Shown piece after piece: positions 26,101 through 38,599 of a DNA stretch of 64,000 nucleotides. Under the pieces are notes generated by a model, which was given only the letters and a program-made list of their open reading frames with translations, was not told where the DNA came from and did not search any database. The DNA lies in the NCBI GenBank assembly GCA_030141605.1, contig JAQGDQ010000382.1, positions 159,462 to 223,461 on the forward strand. The letters run 5' to 3'. The translations under genes and the position numbers were made by a program. Source of the DNA: Tubiluchus corallicola. Taxonomy: Eukaryota > Animalia > Priapulida. The first letter of the stretch is position 1. Each line of letters opens with the position of its first letter.

Positions 26101-29100
26101 ATTAGTAGTCGTAGTCTCACGCTTAGCATACCACAATGCCTTGCAAATTTAAATGCCATACTACCTTTGACCTTATGTGATTTGCCTTATTATTCCAGAA
26201 GCTTATTAGTTAACAAGTTTTAGCATAATCTTTTTCTTTGAGGATTGGCTGTTGAAAATTGTTTCCTGAGAGATTAACATTTCGTCAAATTGCATTTATT
26301 GATTTTAAACCTGTTTCTCTGTTGGTAATTTTGATTATGCTGTTGCAGGTCTAGGTCAACCAATTCTTGTTATTCCTTGGGTTGTGCTTCAAGAACTAGA
26401 TGCATTTAAAGAACGTCGCTATGACAACAATAAGTCAACGCAGCTGTCGTCCAAAATTACTGTTCGATTTTTATTCAAACTCTTGCAGAACAATCATCCA
26501 CGCATTCGTGGTCAAAGTGCTGCGGAGGTACAGTGGAAATTAGTTTTATGTTTTTAAGCATCTTGAATGAATAGTTCTATAATGAAAGCATTATGTTGTA
26601 CCTTAGTGCAAAGATTCACTTAAATTGGTCAGGCTTAAGGAACAATTTAACTGCATTCCAGCCTATACACTTTGAACTACTAGCAGTAGTAAAGTACTGA
26701 CATTACCTTTATTAAATCAGACTATGACGTACATTATTTTTGTGCGATAGTCAAAGCAACACAGACTTTTTAAGGTCACACACCCTGTCTACACCAAACA
26801 CACTATGCCAACCCTGGAGTCATCAGGAGGAATGTGACCAGGAGTCGAGTTTCGCCCATTTGTTCTAAAAAGAGTTTCTAAAAAAATTGTGTATGTAAGT
26901 TAGATATATGAACTTGCACAGACTCAGCTGTGTTGATTTGCCACCAACTGTTAATAGCAAACCAGTAAAGTAATACAGTACAAGTTTAGCAATGAAGTTT
27001 AAATTTTGTTGGATGGACAACTTCTAAATGGATGGGCGACCACTAAGAAAATTGCTTTTAGGCTGTTTTACCTGCTGTGCTATTATCAGCTATTTTCTGG
27101 TTGGTGGAGGATGAATTCACAATTGAATATGGCCCAGACCGCTCTGCTTTGGCTCTGTATGTCTGCTTATAGAATTGTTTTTGATAATGAGATAGGTTCT
27201 GGTCCTTTCACATTAATAGACTCCCCTCACCGGTTTCCATGGTGTCAAACTGTACAAGAAAAACTCAGCCACTACTTCTTATCAGAATGTTAAAAAGCCT
27301 GCCTGCCTGAGTTAATGTGGCAACATTGTGTGAAAATGTTTTTGTGAACCAATTTGAAATTGCTGAATTTTAGCCCGCCAGTGGTAGCAAACAAGTAAAA
27401 TTGGCAAGAAAACATTGAAAAACAAAGCCAAGAAATGGAAGAAGAGTCAGCAGTTTAGCAACACACCCAAAATGTGAATGCTGTGTGATATTTTACTGTA
27501 CTGTGATATATAGTACTGAAGCTGCAGTTTAGTCTTACCTTTACGTTATCTAAGTATTCTTGCACTCGGCAAAGCAAATTGCACATAGGTGATGACATAC
27601 TGAATTTGTCCTTGTTCCTAAATGATTGATTGGTAGTTCCATTGGCAGTTCCCTGCTGTCTATCATAATCTTTTGTAAGCAGAATCGATTGTAAGCATGT
27701 GGTTTCCTAGCTCTTTGTTTTGACGAAATTCATTACTATAGGCCGGTGTTTGAAATTGAAACAGATTTGTGGTTGTTCAAAACTTTTTAGCTGTTATAAG
27801 TTGTAACAAGGTTATAAGAGATAGAAGATTATAGATCTTTATTATTTCAAGTTTGTTTTGCAGGCAGCTCAAACAAAATCAGGTTTATCTGTTGAGTGCA
27901 ACGATGATAAGATTCTTCAGTGTTGTCTCGACTGGAAAGCAAAACATAGTGGTAAGCTTAAATGTATTTTTTTTTTGGTGATACTTCATATTTTGCAGCT
28001 GTGCAGGTTACCATGTTTATTCACCTCACTCAGAATCTGTTGCTTATGACATTTGTACAATGTTTGAAATGATTACCATTGGCTTACTTACGTAGTGTTT
28101 CGGATGAAGCAGGCTAAGTGCAGTACAACTTTTTTACATTTTGCTCAGCTTCACTCATAATAGTCCAACATTATTAGTTATTGCTCTGGCATCTTGGACT
28201 TTGATTCTTCAAATATATAAAGGTAGCCTTTCCCTTTGAACTAAAACACCTCAGTTTGCATGCAGGTCATGGATAATTCTAAAAACAACTGTAAATTCAA
28301 CTTTTTAAATTAACATACTTGCTATTACTTTGAAATGACTAAGAAAAAACAATTAGTGTTAAAAGAAAGGTGTTCAAAATGCTATCAGTTGATTGTCTGA
28401 TTGAAGTGATTTTGTTAAACTTGCTGAAGTTGATAATTCTACTTTAAATATTTTGAACTATTCTGTGTAGATATCTTTGTTACTAATTAGTACAAGACGG
28501 ATTGGACTGATCATATTTGTAAAACAGTGTGTGTTTCTGATCACTAACGCACTACTTTTGCAAGTTTTGTTTTTTTGCTTGATGATGTTCAGTACTATAG
28601 CTGATGCTGTTATTTTTTCAGCTTCTCATGTTGTTTTGTTCTCCAATGATAAGAATTTGTGCAATAAAGCTGTGGTTAACCACATCAAAGCATGCAACAA
28701 AGAGGTATGATTAAACTGTAGGAGTAAGTAAACTTACTTTTAAATTTGTTTATACATTTTGGACACAGTGCAATCCGGAATCAAGCAGTCTAATCAGATG
28801 ATGTACCTTCTTATTGCATTCATTACCTCGTAGTAAGACTGGTATCAAACTTACTGTCTAGGAAAGGTCTTTGCGAGACTGAGGTACTGAACTTTAAGAG
28901 ACTGAGCTACTGAACTGAGTAGAGGTGTTTTACACATGTTCAGTTGAGCATACATCCTCCCACACTGTGGTAAATGGCAGTTGGCTGATGAAATCTTTCC
29001 TGGTTGTCACTTGTTAACTTACCATCTTGGTTTAACTTTGCCAGCTTCTATCATTACCCTGTTCCCTAGCGTATGGGACTAATAGTGATGATTGGATGCT

Positions 29101-29264
29101 GCAGCCACTGGCATTGTAGGTTTTTGTAATTTTTTCATTTTATTTTTGCTGTGTACAAAGCTGCTTGGACTGCAACTGGTTGATATCGGCTGTGCTGATT
29201 ATTGTGCTTATTACCAAAAAAATTTCTCTTCATTAAATGATATTTGTTAATTTGACCAGTATTC

Positions 29265-29360
<96 letters not shown>

Positions 29361-32300
29361 GTTATTATTATTACTATTACTATTATTATTGTCTGGAGAT
29401 AAATTGTAATAATCTGTAGATAAATTTGTGTAACTTTTGTGGATGTTTGAAGGCTTTAACTTTTTCAGGCTCTAATGCAGGTGATACATTCATTAGCTAA
29501 TGACAGTCGTCAGTTGATTAAGCTGCCGTCAGATGCACAGCTAACAGTAGCAGTGAAACCTGCATCGGTGTCACCTTGCACTCAATTATCTGGTCAACAG
29601 CAGTCAGATGTATTAAAACTGGTAAGTAGAATTAGCAAATTAAGGTAATCCAAACTCACAAATATCAGTTTATTGATGCCACTCCCAAATATACAAAGCA
29701 CAGGTTTACAAAATGCAGTATGGACTTATAAAAGCACTTTAGAAGACCAAACTGGAAAAATACAAGGGGCTAAATATTTCTCATTTAGTCTGGCTCAAAA
29801 ATGGAAGATGTCACTTAAATGAAAAGTCTGTTAAGTTATTTTCCTCAATGACAGTTTCATTTACATTAACTGTCACAGTGTGTATGGTGATGACTTTTTT
29901 CACCTCTACATTTCTAATATTTGAGAGCCTGGTTGTGTATATAGTTTTATTGTCTATATCTAACTCATTACCTTAGTGGTAATTACTCATTAATGTTTTT
30001 ACTTTAAAGCTGAACATGGCATCAGCAAATGATGCAGGATAATTAGCTTTGCACTAACGTAAGAGATTTATTTTTTGTTTATTGCAGTTGAGCAACTGAT
30101 GTAGCATTTATTTCTTAAGAACTATTTCATTCTGTATGTTTTTTGCTAGTTTGGCTCAACTGACTTTTGGATAGGGTGCTTGGCTATAACTTTGAATTTT
30201 TAAGCCTAAGACCTGTAACAAGGTTGATAAAAATGAAAAATGTCGATTGCACTTTATATCAACACAAATAATACAAATAATATTGTTAGTATGGCTAACT
30301 TTGAGCTAGCTGAAAATGCATTAATTAACTGCAAAATATTTTATCTAATAAATAAATCATGAATGTAGTAGATAGATGTAAATGTAAAAATGTTCACTTG
30401 GGATTTTCTCACGTTCAGGCGGAGGAAGTTTCCTGTGAATTGCAGTGCCACCTGGCCGACTTGCTGCCACTTGTCATTGAGGAGGAGATGAAACTTGCAT
30501 ATGGTGATCCACTGTGGCTGAAAATAGTTTGTATAAAACCACCTTGGAGTGTGGAAGATGCAGTGCACTGCATTCTAGAGTAAGTGTTAGAACATATACT
30601 GGTGCTGATCTCCATGAAAGCTTTTGTTCAAATGTTAGAAAACAAGTCAGTTTACGAAGAATTAAGAAAGTGATTCGACTGTCACTTGAGAGCCAAGTAC
30701 CAAAATGGCGTGCATGCATTAAATTCGAATTTTGCCAATTTGTTTGAAAACACATATTTAATACAACACATATTTTTCATTCATTAAAGCACAACTAAAA
30801 GTTATACTGGCTCCACACTTGCAAATTCCAGCAGCCAGCAGCTTGCATGGACCTTTCTTGGCTTTTAAGCGAAAATGTAATTGAAAGATTCAGCATTTGT
30901 TTTCATGAAAAATTGTTCAAGGAAAAGGTGAAAGCCGGTAAGTTTGATTGAAATGCTGTATGCCTTACATACTTTACAATGGAGAATGAAATAAAAAATT
31001 TTTAGGAAAAGGTGTGCTGATTTATGTATGGTGTCTTTTTTTATAATTTCAGACATTGGATAGCTGTCTTTGGACTGCAGTTCAAAAGAGATGCCGAAAC
31101 TTGCTTCAAAAATCTTTCCGAGTTTTTCAAGACGAGATCTGGTATTTAATTTACCACGAAATTTAGAACAAACCGTCTAAGAAATGCAAGTGTGAATGCT
31201 GCCCACTTAATATTTTTTTGTATTTAGACGAGATCTGGTATTTAATTTCCGAAATTGAACAAACCGTCTAAGAAATGCAAGTGTGATCTGCCCACTTAAT
31301 ATTTTTTTGTATTTAGACGAGATCTGGTATTTAATTTACCACGAAATTTAGAACAAACCGTCTAAGAAATGCAAGTGTGAATGCTGCCCACTTAATATTT
31401 TTTTGTATTTAGACGAGATCTGGTATTTAATTTACCACGAAATTTAGAACAAACCGTCTAAGAAATGCAAGTGTGAATGCTGCCCACTTAATATTTTTTT
31501 GTATTTAGACGAGATCTGGTATTTAATTTGCCACGAAATTTAGAACAAACCGTCTAAGAAATGCAAGTGTGAATGCTGCCCACTTAATATTTTTTTGTAT
31601 TTAGACGAGATCTGGTATTTAATTTGCCACGAAATTTAGAACAAACCGTCTAAGAAATGCAAGTGTGAATGCTGCCCACTTAATATTTTTTTGTATTTAG
31701 ACGAGATCTGGTATTTAATTTCGAAATTTAGAACAAACCGTCTAAGAAATGCAAGTGTGAATGCTGCCCACTTAATATTTTTTTGTATTTAGACGAGATC
31801 TGGTATTTAATTTGCCACGAAATTTAGAACAAACCGTCTAAGAAATGCAAGTGTGAATGCTGCCCACTTAATATTTTTTTGTATTTAGACGAGATCTGGT
31901 ATTTAATTTGCCACGAAATTTAGAACAAACCGTCTAAGAAATGCAAGTGTGAATGCTGCCCACTTAATATTTTTTTGTATTTAGACGAGATCTGGTATTT
32001 AATTTGCCACGAAATTTAGAACAAACCGTCTAAGAAATGCAAGTGTGAATGCTGCCCACTTAATATTTTTTTGTATTTAGACGAGATCTGGTATTTAATT
32101 TGCCACGAAATTTAGGACAAACCGTCTAAGAAATGCAAGTGTGAATGCTGCCCACTTAATATTTTTTTGTATTTAGACAAGATCTGGTATTTAATTTACC
32201 ACGAAATTTAGGACAAACCGTCTAAGAAATGCAAGTGTGAATGCTGCCCACTTAATATTTTTTTGTATTTAGACGAGATCTGGTATTTAATTTACCACGA

Positions 32301-35300
32301 AATTTAGGACAAACCGTCTAAGAAATGCAAGTGTGAATGCTGCCCACTTAATATTTTTTTGTATTTAGACAAGATCTGGTATTTAATTTACCACGAAATT
32401 TAGGACAAACCGTCTAAGAAATGCAAGTGTGAATGCTGCCCACTTAATATTTTTTTGTATTTAGACGAGATCTGGTATTTAATTTACCACGAAATTTAGG
32501 ACAAACCGTCTAAGAAATGCAAGTGTGAATGCTGCCCACTTAATATTTTTTTGTATTTAGACGAGATCTGGTATTTAATTTACCACGAAATTTAGGACAA
32601 ACCGTCTAAGAAATGCAAGTGTGAATGCTGCCCACTTAATATTTTTTTGTATTTAGACGAGATCTGGTATTTAATTTACCACGAAATTTAGGACAAACCG
32701 TCTAAGAAATGCAAGTGTGAATGCTGCCCACTTAATATTTTTTTGTATTTAGACAAGATCTGGTATTTAATTTACCACGAAATTTAGGACAAACCGTCTA
32801 AGAAATGCAAGTGTGAATGCTGCCCACTTAATATTTTTTTGTATTTAGACGAGATCTGGTATTTAATTTACCACGAAATTTAGGACAAACCGTCTAAGAA
32901 ATGCAAGTGTGAATGCTGCCCACTTAATATTTTTTTGTATTTAGACAAGATCTGGTATTTAATTTACCACGAAATTTAGAACAGGCCGTCTAAGAAATGC
33001 AAGTGTGAATGCTGCCCACTTAATATTTTTTTGTATTTAGACGAGATCTGGTATTTAATTTACCACGAAATTTAGAACAAACCGTCTAAGAAATGCAAGT
33101 GTAAATGCTGCGCACTTAACATTTTTTTGTATTTAGTAATTATTACTTGCAAGTGCAAGGAGTAATCGAGTACAGGGGCACATGATTGTGGCAGACATTG
33201 TACTGGTTTTAATTTTATTCATTATTCATCAGTACTTTGTGTTAACTGACAAAGTAAAACATCGTAATATGTAACTTCTTTTCAGTTACGGGTGTGTGTA
33301 CATTATCTAGTGTTATATCAGTTCTGGATGACGTCCATACAATCTGTGTGCATCTTCTACCTCACTGTCGAACGCTGGATCGTGCGCAGACTAGCTCGTA
33401 TGCAAGTAAAGTTAAATTATGTGAAGCTCGAGTAAAAGAACTTCATTCACTTTGCGTGTCTGTTTCTACTGGAACTTTGCCAGCCCTTGGTCTAAAGCAT
33501 CTAGAAAGAGTTGCTTCATTAGAAAAGACAGGTACTGATTAAATATATCCTTTATACAATTTGGTACTGCATGCTGGAATCCAACACTTTGTGATGGGGA
33601 CTACTGCATGCTTGTACTTGTAGCAGAACTGGAACCTAGTTAATCATTAAGAATAATATTCTTAAGATAAGCGGCTGAACAACAGAGGTGTCTTGGTTAT
33701 GCTCAGAATACTTTCTAATTCAATGGAATTGTATTGATATTTAGTACATTATTTTACTAACCAATGTAGTTACGAATGTTTGTCCATACTGAAACAAAAC
33801 AAACAAAATAGATAAGATAATAGTTGTATATTTTTGTGGCAAATTAGTTGATTGTGACACCTGCGTTTTTGTAATTTTTGCTTGCTTTATTATTTGTCTG
33901 ATCACAAAAAAAAATAAATACACTTCCGCAGCCTATTTTATGTTGGAAATAACATCGATATAGTATTTTTACTTTATTACAAATTTTACTTATACTGGAA
34001 GTCGGTATTCTAAATTTTAGCTCATCCTGTGAAAATGAAGAGTGTTCTGCTAATATCTACGTATGCATACTTTTACTGTTTTTTTTGTCTGTAAAGACTG
34101 CTGTTATAACAGAAATAAATTTATTTAAATGGTGCCTAATTGCTGATTATGCAAAACCCTACACTTGATTATTCATGTTATGAAAGAGTGACGAATGGTT
34201 GATTTTCACAAATTTGTGTTAGATAATTAACACTTTCTTAGTCAAATTAAATGTCAATGCATTTGTTTGAAGCAATAAGAAACCAATGCCATCTTAAATG
34301 CAGATTAACATTTCTGCCATTTCCAGGTGGTGATGTGTCAAATAATAATTCCAATCCATTGTTAGATGTTCCATCCAACTTTCAGGACCAAGTACTACAA
34401 GTCTTTCATACTGTATGGGGTGCTATTAACAATTATTGGTATGTAATATTTTTTTACGATTTTGGCAGTTATTAGTGAGGCTGTGTGCAGTGCACAACTG
34501 AAGTGAAACCTGCTCTGCAGCGTATAAACTTAAGATTAAAGAACATGATCAGTGGATTTCGACATGCTGCTCAAAAAACGTCTTGAAACTTTGAAACTTT
34601 TTTTGTGTTTTTTTTGTGTGCTAAGCATAAATATTTAAATATTTAAATTGAACTTGACAATTGTTCAATGTAGCTAACCAGTTGATTATCTGTTAAAAAA
34701 GTTGCTAACTGATGTCATTCTATTTTGAAGGATTTTTAGTCGTAATAAACTTAAAGCTCGCTGTTCTCTCTCTAAAATATGTGGCTTTGAATATTGATTG
34801 ACTTGTGTAACATAAGCAATAGAATGGTTGTTTGGAAATCTAAATCTCTGAATAAGCAATAAATTGTTGGTTGATACTCTGGTTGATTTATTGCATACGT
34901 AAGTCCACATGCATTTGTAACGTTCATTCCCCATGAGGTATGTGTGGACAAGTGATTTATAAACATTTGCAGCATTTCCTATATTTTTATTGTTTTTGGA
35001 TTTGTTCTTTAAACCCCTTGCAGAGAAAGCTTTCAATGAGCCCTTTGTGCTTCATGATTCAAGTGCTGCTTTTCTTGTTTTTAGTGACTGACATGGTCTG
35101 TAAGCGCTGTACATTGCTGTACTGCTTATACTAATAATGAACTTTACTATTAAGTGACTAGGGTGATTTCCCCCCACATGGGATTGAAAGTTTGATGCTT
35201 TTCACTCCAGCATGACTTTGTTTTATTTTACAGCGGTCTGGTTTTTGACACCGTGGGATTTTCTCACAACTTGTCTTATGAACGTAGTGAGAGAGTTCAT

Positions 35301-36637
35301 ACTAAGGAGGAAGCTCTGGTATTTTTGGCCAAGCTATTTCCGGTGGTACAGCAGTTACATCATGCACTTGCTAGGTACATATGGAAATGTTTTTGCATAT
35401 CAGGTTTAGAAACACCAACCTGCAGTCATAGATTGTCATACAATGAAAATTCTACATCAGGAGTTTACATTTTCTAAAAGAGAATTGAATTTCCACTCGA
35501 GTGCTATAAATTTAATTTCTTAGTTTTTTTACTTTAAGCACAAAAAATTGGGAAACTAATAAGAAAAGGGGGCACTCGAAATTCCGTCAGAACCATTTTG
35601 AAATCCTGCCAGTTATTAAGTCATAATTTGTGTTAAATAATGTTCAACATAGAAACTGTAGGTTTTACATGTCAAATGTAGACCTACATTAACTCAAATG
35701 TAGATTTAGGTAATTCAAATGTGTCTTGGTAATTCACACGTAGACTTAGGTAATTCAAATGTGTTAACAATGGTTTTCAACAATTCTTAAGCGTTTTTGG
35801 TAAGTCAAATGTAGACACATGTCAAGTCAAATGTGACATTGGTATCTCAAATGTGAATAGGTATTAAAGCTTAATGATGTTAAATATAATCTTCTTTAAT
35901 TTTAAATAATAATTGCTCTTAAGACTTGTGAAAATAATAACTTTATAGGGTCACTAATATTCTGCAAACTTTACATACCATTGGAACTGTTAGAGAAATC
36001 AATATTTTAAACATAAACAATGTTTCTAGAGAGAAACTAATTCATTAATGCAATGCTAATGCATTACTTAAAAAACTAAGTGACTCGATTAATAAATTTG
36101 TTTTGTATAAAAATTTTCCTATTTGTTTTAGCGTTATTAGCAAGCCCTTGAATGAGACCTTCAATAATGAGCAAGCACTTACTGTTTTATACAATTGTCT
36201 AGTCAACTTTTTCACAAATCTACACTGTGTACGTATAAATTTTTTTCGTGTTTTAAATTTTTAGTTTTTATGTGTTTTTGCTACTCAAGATTGTTGAGAA
36301 TATTACTTGCAGTGTTATTGCTATTTATGCTACAATATTGGAATAGCACCATACTGCCATTGAGATTGCGTTTGACTGCATATGGGGTTTGTCGTAATTT
36401 AAAATGCTTGCAGAAATTTGATTTGCATTGATAGATATTATGTGTTTTTGTTTTTAGGAAGTTCGCGCTGAAATAATGTTGACTCCTGCCATGCTTCACA
36501 AGTTTTGCACCATCTCGACCAATCAGCGACTGCTAGGAAATGGTCTTGTTCAGATTGCGGAATTTCTCTCTCAACTTTCCCAGTGTGCTTCCATGATACA
36601 AGCTCAGGGCAGTCCGGATGAATCAGCGACATTGTGA
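20190..36637 (+). CDS. SWT1: SWT1-like RNA endoribonuclease (N-terminal WW domain, long disordered linker, PIN domain, helical C-terminal domain), about 1225 aa, 15 coding exons
   Basis: Exons 20190-20339, 22198-23914, 24766-24848, 25452-25650, 26349-26527, 27864-27951, 28622-28704, 29469-29621, 30419-30579, 31053-31141, 33286-33531, 34327-34438, 35234-35374, 36132-36228, 36458-36637 join in frame (3678 nt). PIN motifs VILDTNVLV, IPWVVLQELD, NDDKILQCC, VLFSNDKNLCNKA; SWT1-type EMKLAYGD-x-LW...KPPWS...HWIAVFG. WW domain LPYGWKQQISKKFPGRVYYFNIHTGTSVW. Exact start is uncertain. Confidence 0.9.
20730..21369. mobile_element. TTAA-flanked MITE (Kolobok-like) in SWT1 intron 1
   Basis: TTAA|AGGACGAGAA...CTCTTGTGCT|TTAA imperfect TIR (11/14 including TTAA). 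Interior is richer in CpG than its flanks. Confidence 0.5.
25660..26070. mobile_element. Possible degenerate MITE just after SWT1 exon 4
   Basis: GAGACGGTTAGGCTTTTTAACTGAC versus reverse complement of GTTGGTTAAATGGCTAACGGTCTC: imperfect inverted ends. Confidence 0.35.
29266..29389. repeat. (TAT)n microsatellite, SWT1 intron 7
   Basis: About 40 near-perfect TAT units. Confidence 0.95.
31132..33136 (+). repeat. Tandem array, 21 units of 96 bp, starting in the last 10 nt of SWT1 exon 10 and filling most of intron 10
   Basis: Unit ACGAGATCTG GTATTTAATTTACCACGAAATTTAGAACAAACCGTCTAAGAAATGCAAGTGTGAATGCTGCCCACTTAATATTTTTTTGTATTTAG. Starts at 31132, 31228, 31317, 31413, 31509, 31605, 31701, 31793, then every 96 bp to 33041. 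Units 2 and 7 are shorter (89 and 92 bp). Confidence 0.97.
35669..35862. repeat. Degenerate 20-23 bp tandem repeat with TCAAATGT core, SWT1 intron 13
   Basis: About 8 copies of (GGTAA)TTCAAATGT(AGAC/GT). Confidence 0.7.
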
Positions 36638-37449
36638 TAGTGTAGTCTACTTGTAATTGTAGCAAAACGTAATTGTAGAATGTGGCTTCTTTCCTCTGTC
36701 TCTCCATCATGATAGATTCTCGTCCAAGCCCCTTTGTCAAATCCTGTTAGGTTCAGATATAGAGCTTTGTCTTTCTAGAGTGGCATGTAATGGGAGTGTG
36801 TGAGTTTCAAAAAGGAAAAACAACTTGTGCTTTATTTAATCTAGTTAGCCATTACGTTTCAGGACCGTAAAGGACAAATTACAGTACAATTGGTTTCACT
36901 TGTAACTGATGCAAAAAATGTGCTGAGCATAAAATGCTAAAGGTCTAGTGCAGGAAAATGATTAGAAAGCATTCAAAAATGCGAAGAGACATTGTTACTT
37001 ATCATTTACCAACAAAATGTATGGGGGAGGGGGGGGGGTTTACGTGACTCTTGCGACAAGGAGTCTTGATGCGACCAGAATTCATGGCTCTACTCATTTG
37101 CTTGGTTCAGTTAGAAAAAGCATTTTACATATTTTGGGATACTCGATAAATGTGGAGCATGAAAAGCGAAACTAGACAGTTTTAGTTGTATCTGGTCTGG
37201 AAAGTGCTAAAGAACGATAAGAAGAGTAAGTATGTTTTCCCTTTTGTATTTGATACTCAGTCTTAGGGATTAGTTAAGGTCTTTGCTCAGTATTGTCAGT
37301 TCCATTACCAAGATGTTTTTTAACATAATAATCACAAAAATTATCAACTTATCAAAAATAAATGGCATATTGACAAAAACTTCGACATTTTTATACTTTT
37401 TTGAATCGGTTTCATAGCTTGTTTCATGTGACGTCCATCTGATAAGTGA

Positions 37450-38599
37450 GTGATAGTTCCAGGTAATGATGTTACTATTAGAGCACTTCTTAAGTCCATG
37501 TGATAGTTCCAGGTAATGATGTTACTGTTAGAGCACTTCTTAAGTCCACGTGATAGTTCCAGGTAATGATGTTACTATTAGAGCACTTCTTAAGTCCACG
37601 TGATAGTTCCAGGTAATGATGTTACTATTAGAGCACTTCTTAAGTCCACGTGATAGTTCCAGGTAATGATGTTACTATTAGAGCACTTCTTAAGTCCACG
37701 TGATAGTTCCAGGTAATGATGTTACTATTAGAGCACTTCTTAAGTCCACATGATAGTGCCAGGTAATGATGTTACTATTAGAGCACTTCTTAAGTCCACG
37801 TGATAGTTCCAGGTAATGATGTTACTATTAGAGCACTTCTTAAGTCCACGTGATAGTTCCAGGTAATGATGTTACTATTAGAGCACTTCTTAAGTCCACG
37901 TGATAGTTCCAGGTAATAATGTTACTGTTAGAGCACTTCTTAAGTCCGCGTGATAGTTCCAGGTAATGATGTTACTATTAGAGCACTTCTTAAGTCCACG
38001 TGATAGTTCCAGGTAATGATGTTACTATTAGAGCACTTCTTAAGTCCACGTGATAGTTCCAGGTAATGATGTTACTATTAGAGCACTTCTTAAGTCCACA
38101 TGATAGTGCCAGGTAATGATGTTACTATTAGAGCACTTCTTAAGTCCACGTGATAGTGCCAGGTAATGATGTTACTATTAGAGCACTTCTTAAGTCCACG
38201 TGATAGTTCCAGGTAATGATGTTACTATTAGAGCACTTCTTAAGTCCGCGTGATAGTTCCAGGTAATGATGTTACTATTAGAGCACTTCTTAAGTCCACG
38301 TGATAGTGCCAGGTAATGATGTTACTATTAGAGCACTTCTTAAGTCCACGTGATAGTTCCAGGTAATGATGTTACTATTAGAGCACTTCTTAAGTCCGCG
38401 TGATAGTTCCAGGTAATGATGTTACTATTAGAGCACTTCTTAAGTCCACGTGATAGTTCCAGGTAATGATGTTACTATTAGAGCACTTCTTAAGTCCACG
38501 TGATAGTTCCAGGTAATGATGTTACTATTAGAGCACTTCTTAAGTCCACGTGATAGTTCCAGGTAATGATGTTACTATTAGAGCACTTCTTAAGTCCAC
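37450..38599. repeat. Tandem minisatellite, 23 units of 50 bp, downstream of the SWT1 stop codon
   Basis: Unit GTGATAGTTCCAGGTAATGATGTTACTATTAGAGCACTTCTTAAGTCCAC, near-identical copies with rare substitutions (gtgcc, ctgtt, ccgcg, ccaca). No spacers. Confidence 0.97.

Noticed and set aside
29237-29419. Poly-Tyr ORF (also the SLSL ORFs at 41135-41512 and 63553-63950)
   Set aside because: Translations of microsatellites.
31132-33136. CRISPR-like array
   Set aside because: Units are contiguous near-identical repeats without unique spacers, there are no cas genes, and the context is a eukaryotic intron.
36438-36740. 100-aa minus-strand ORF
   Set aside because: Antisense to the last SWT1 exon, with no independent support.
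37450-38599. CRISPR-like array
   Set aside because: No variable spacers; plain 50-bp tandem repeat.
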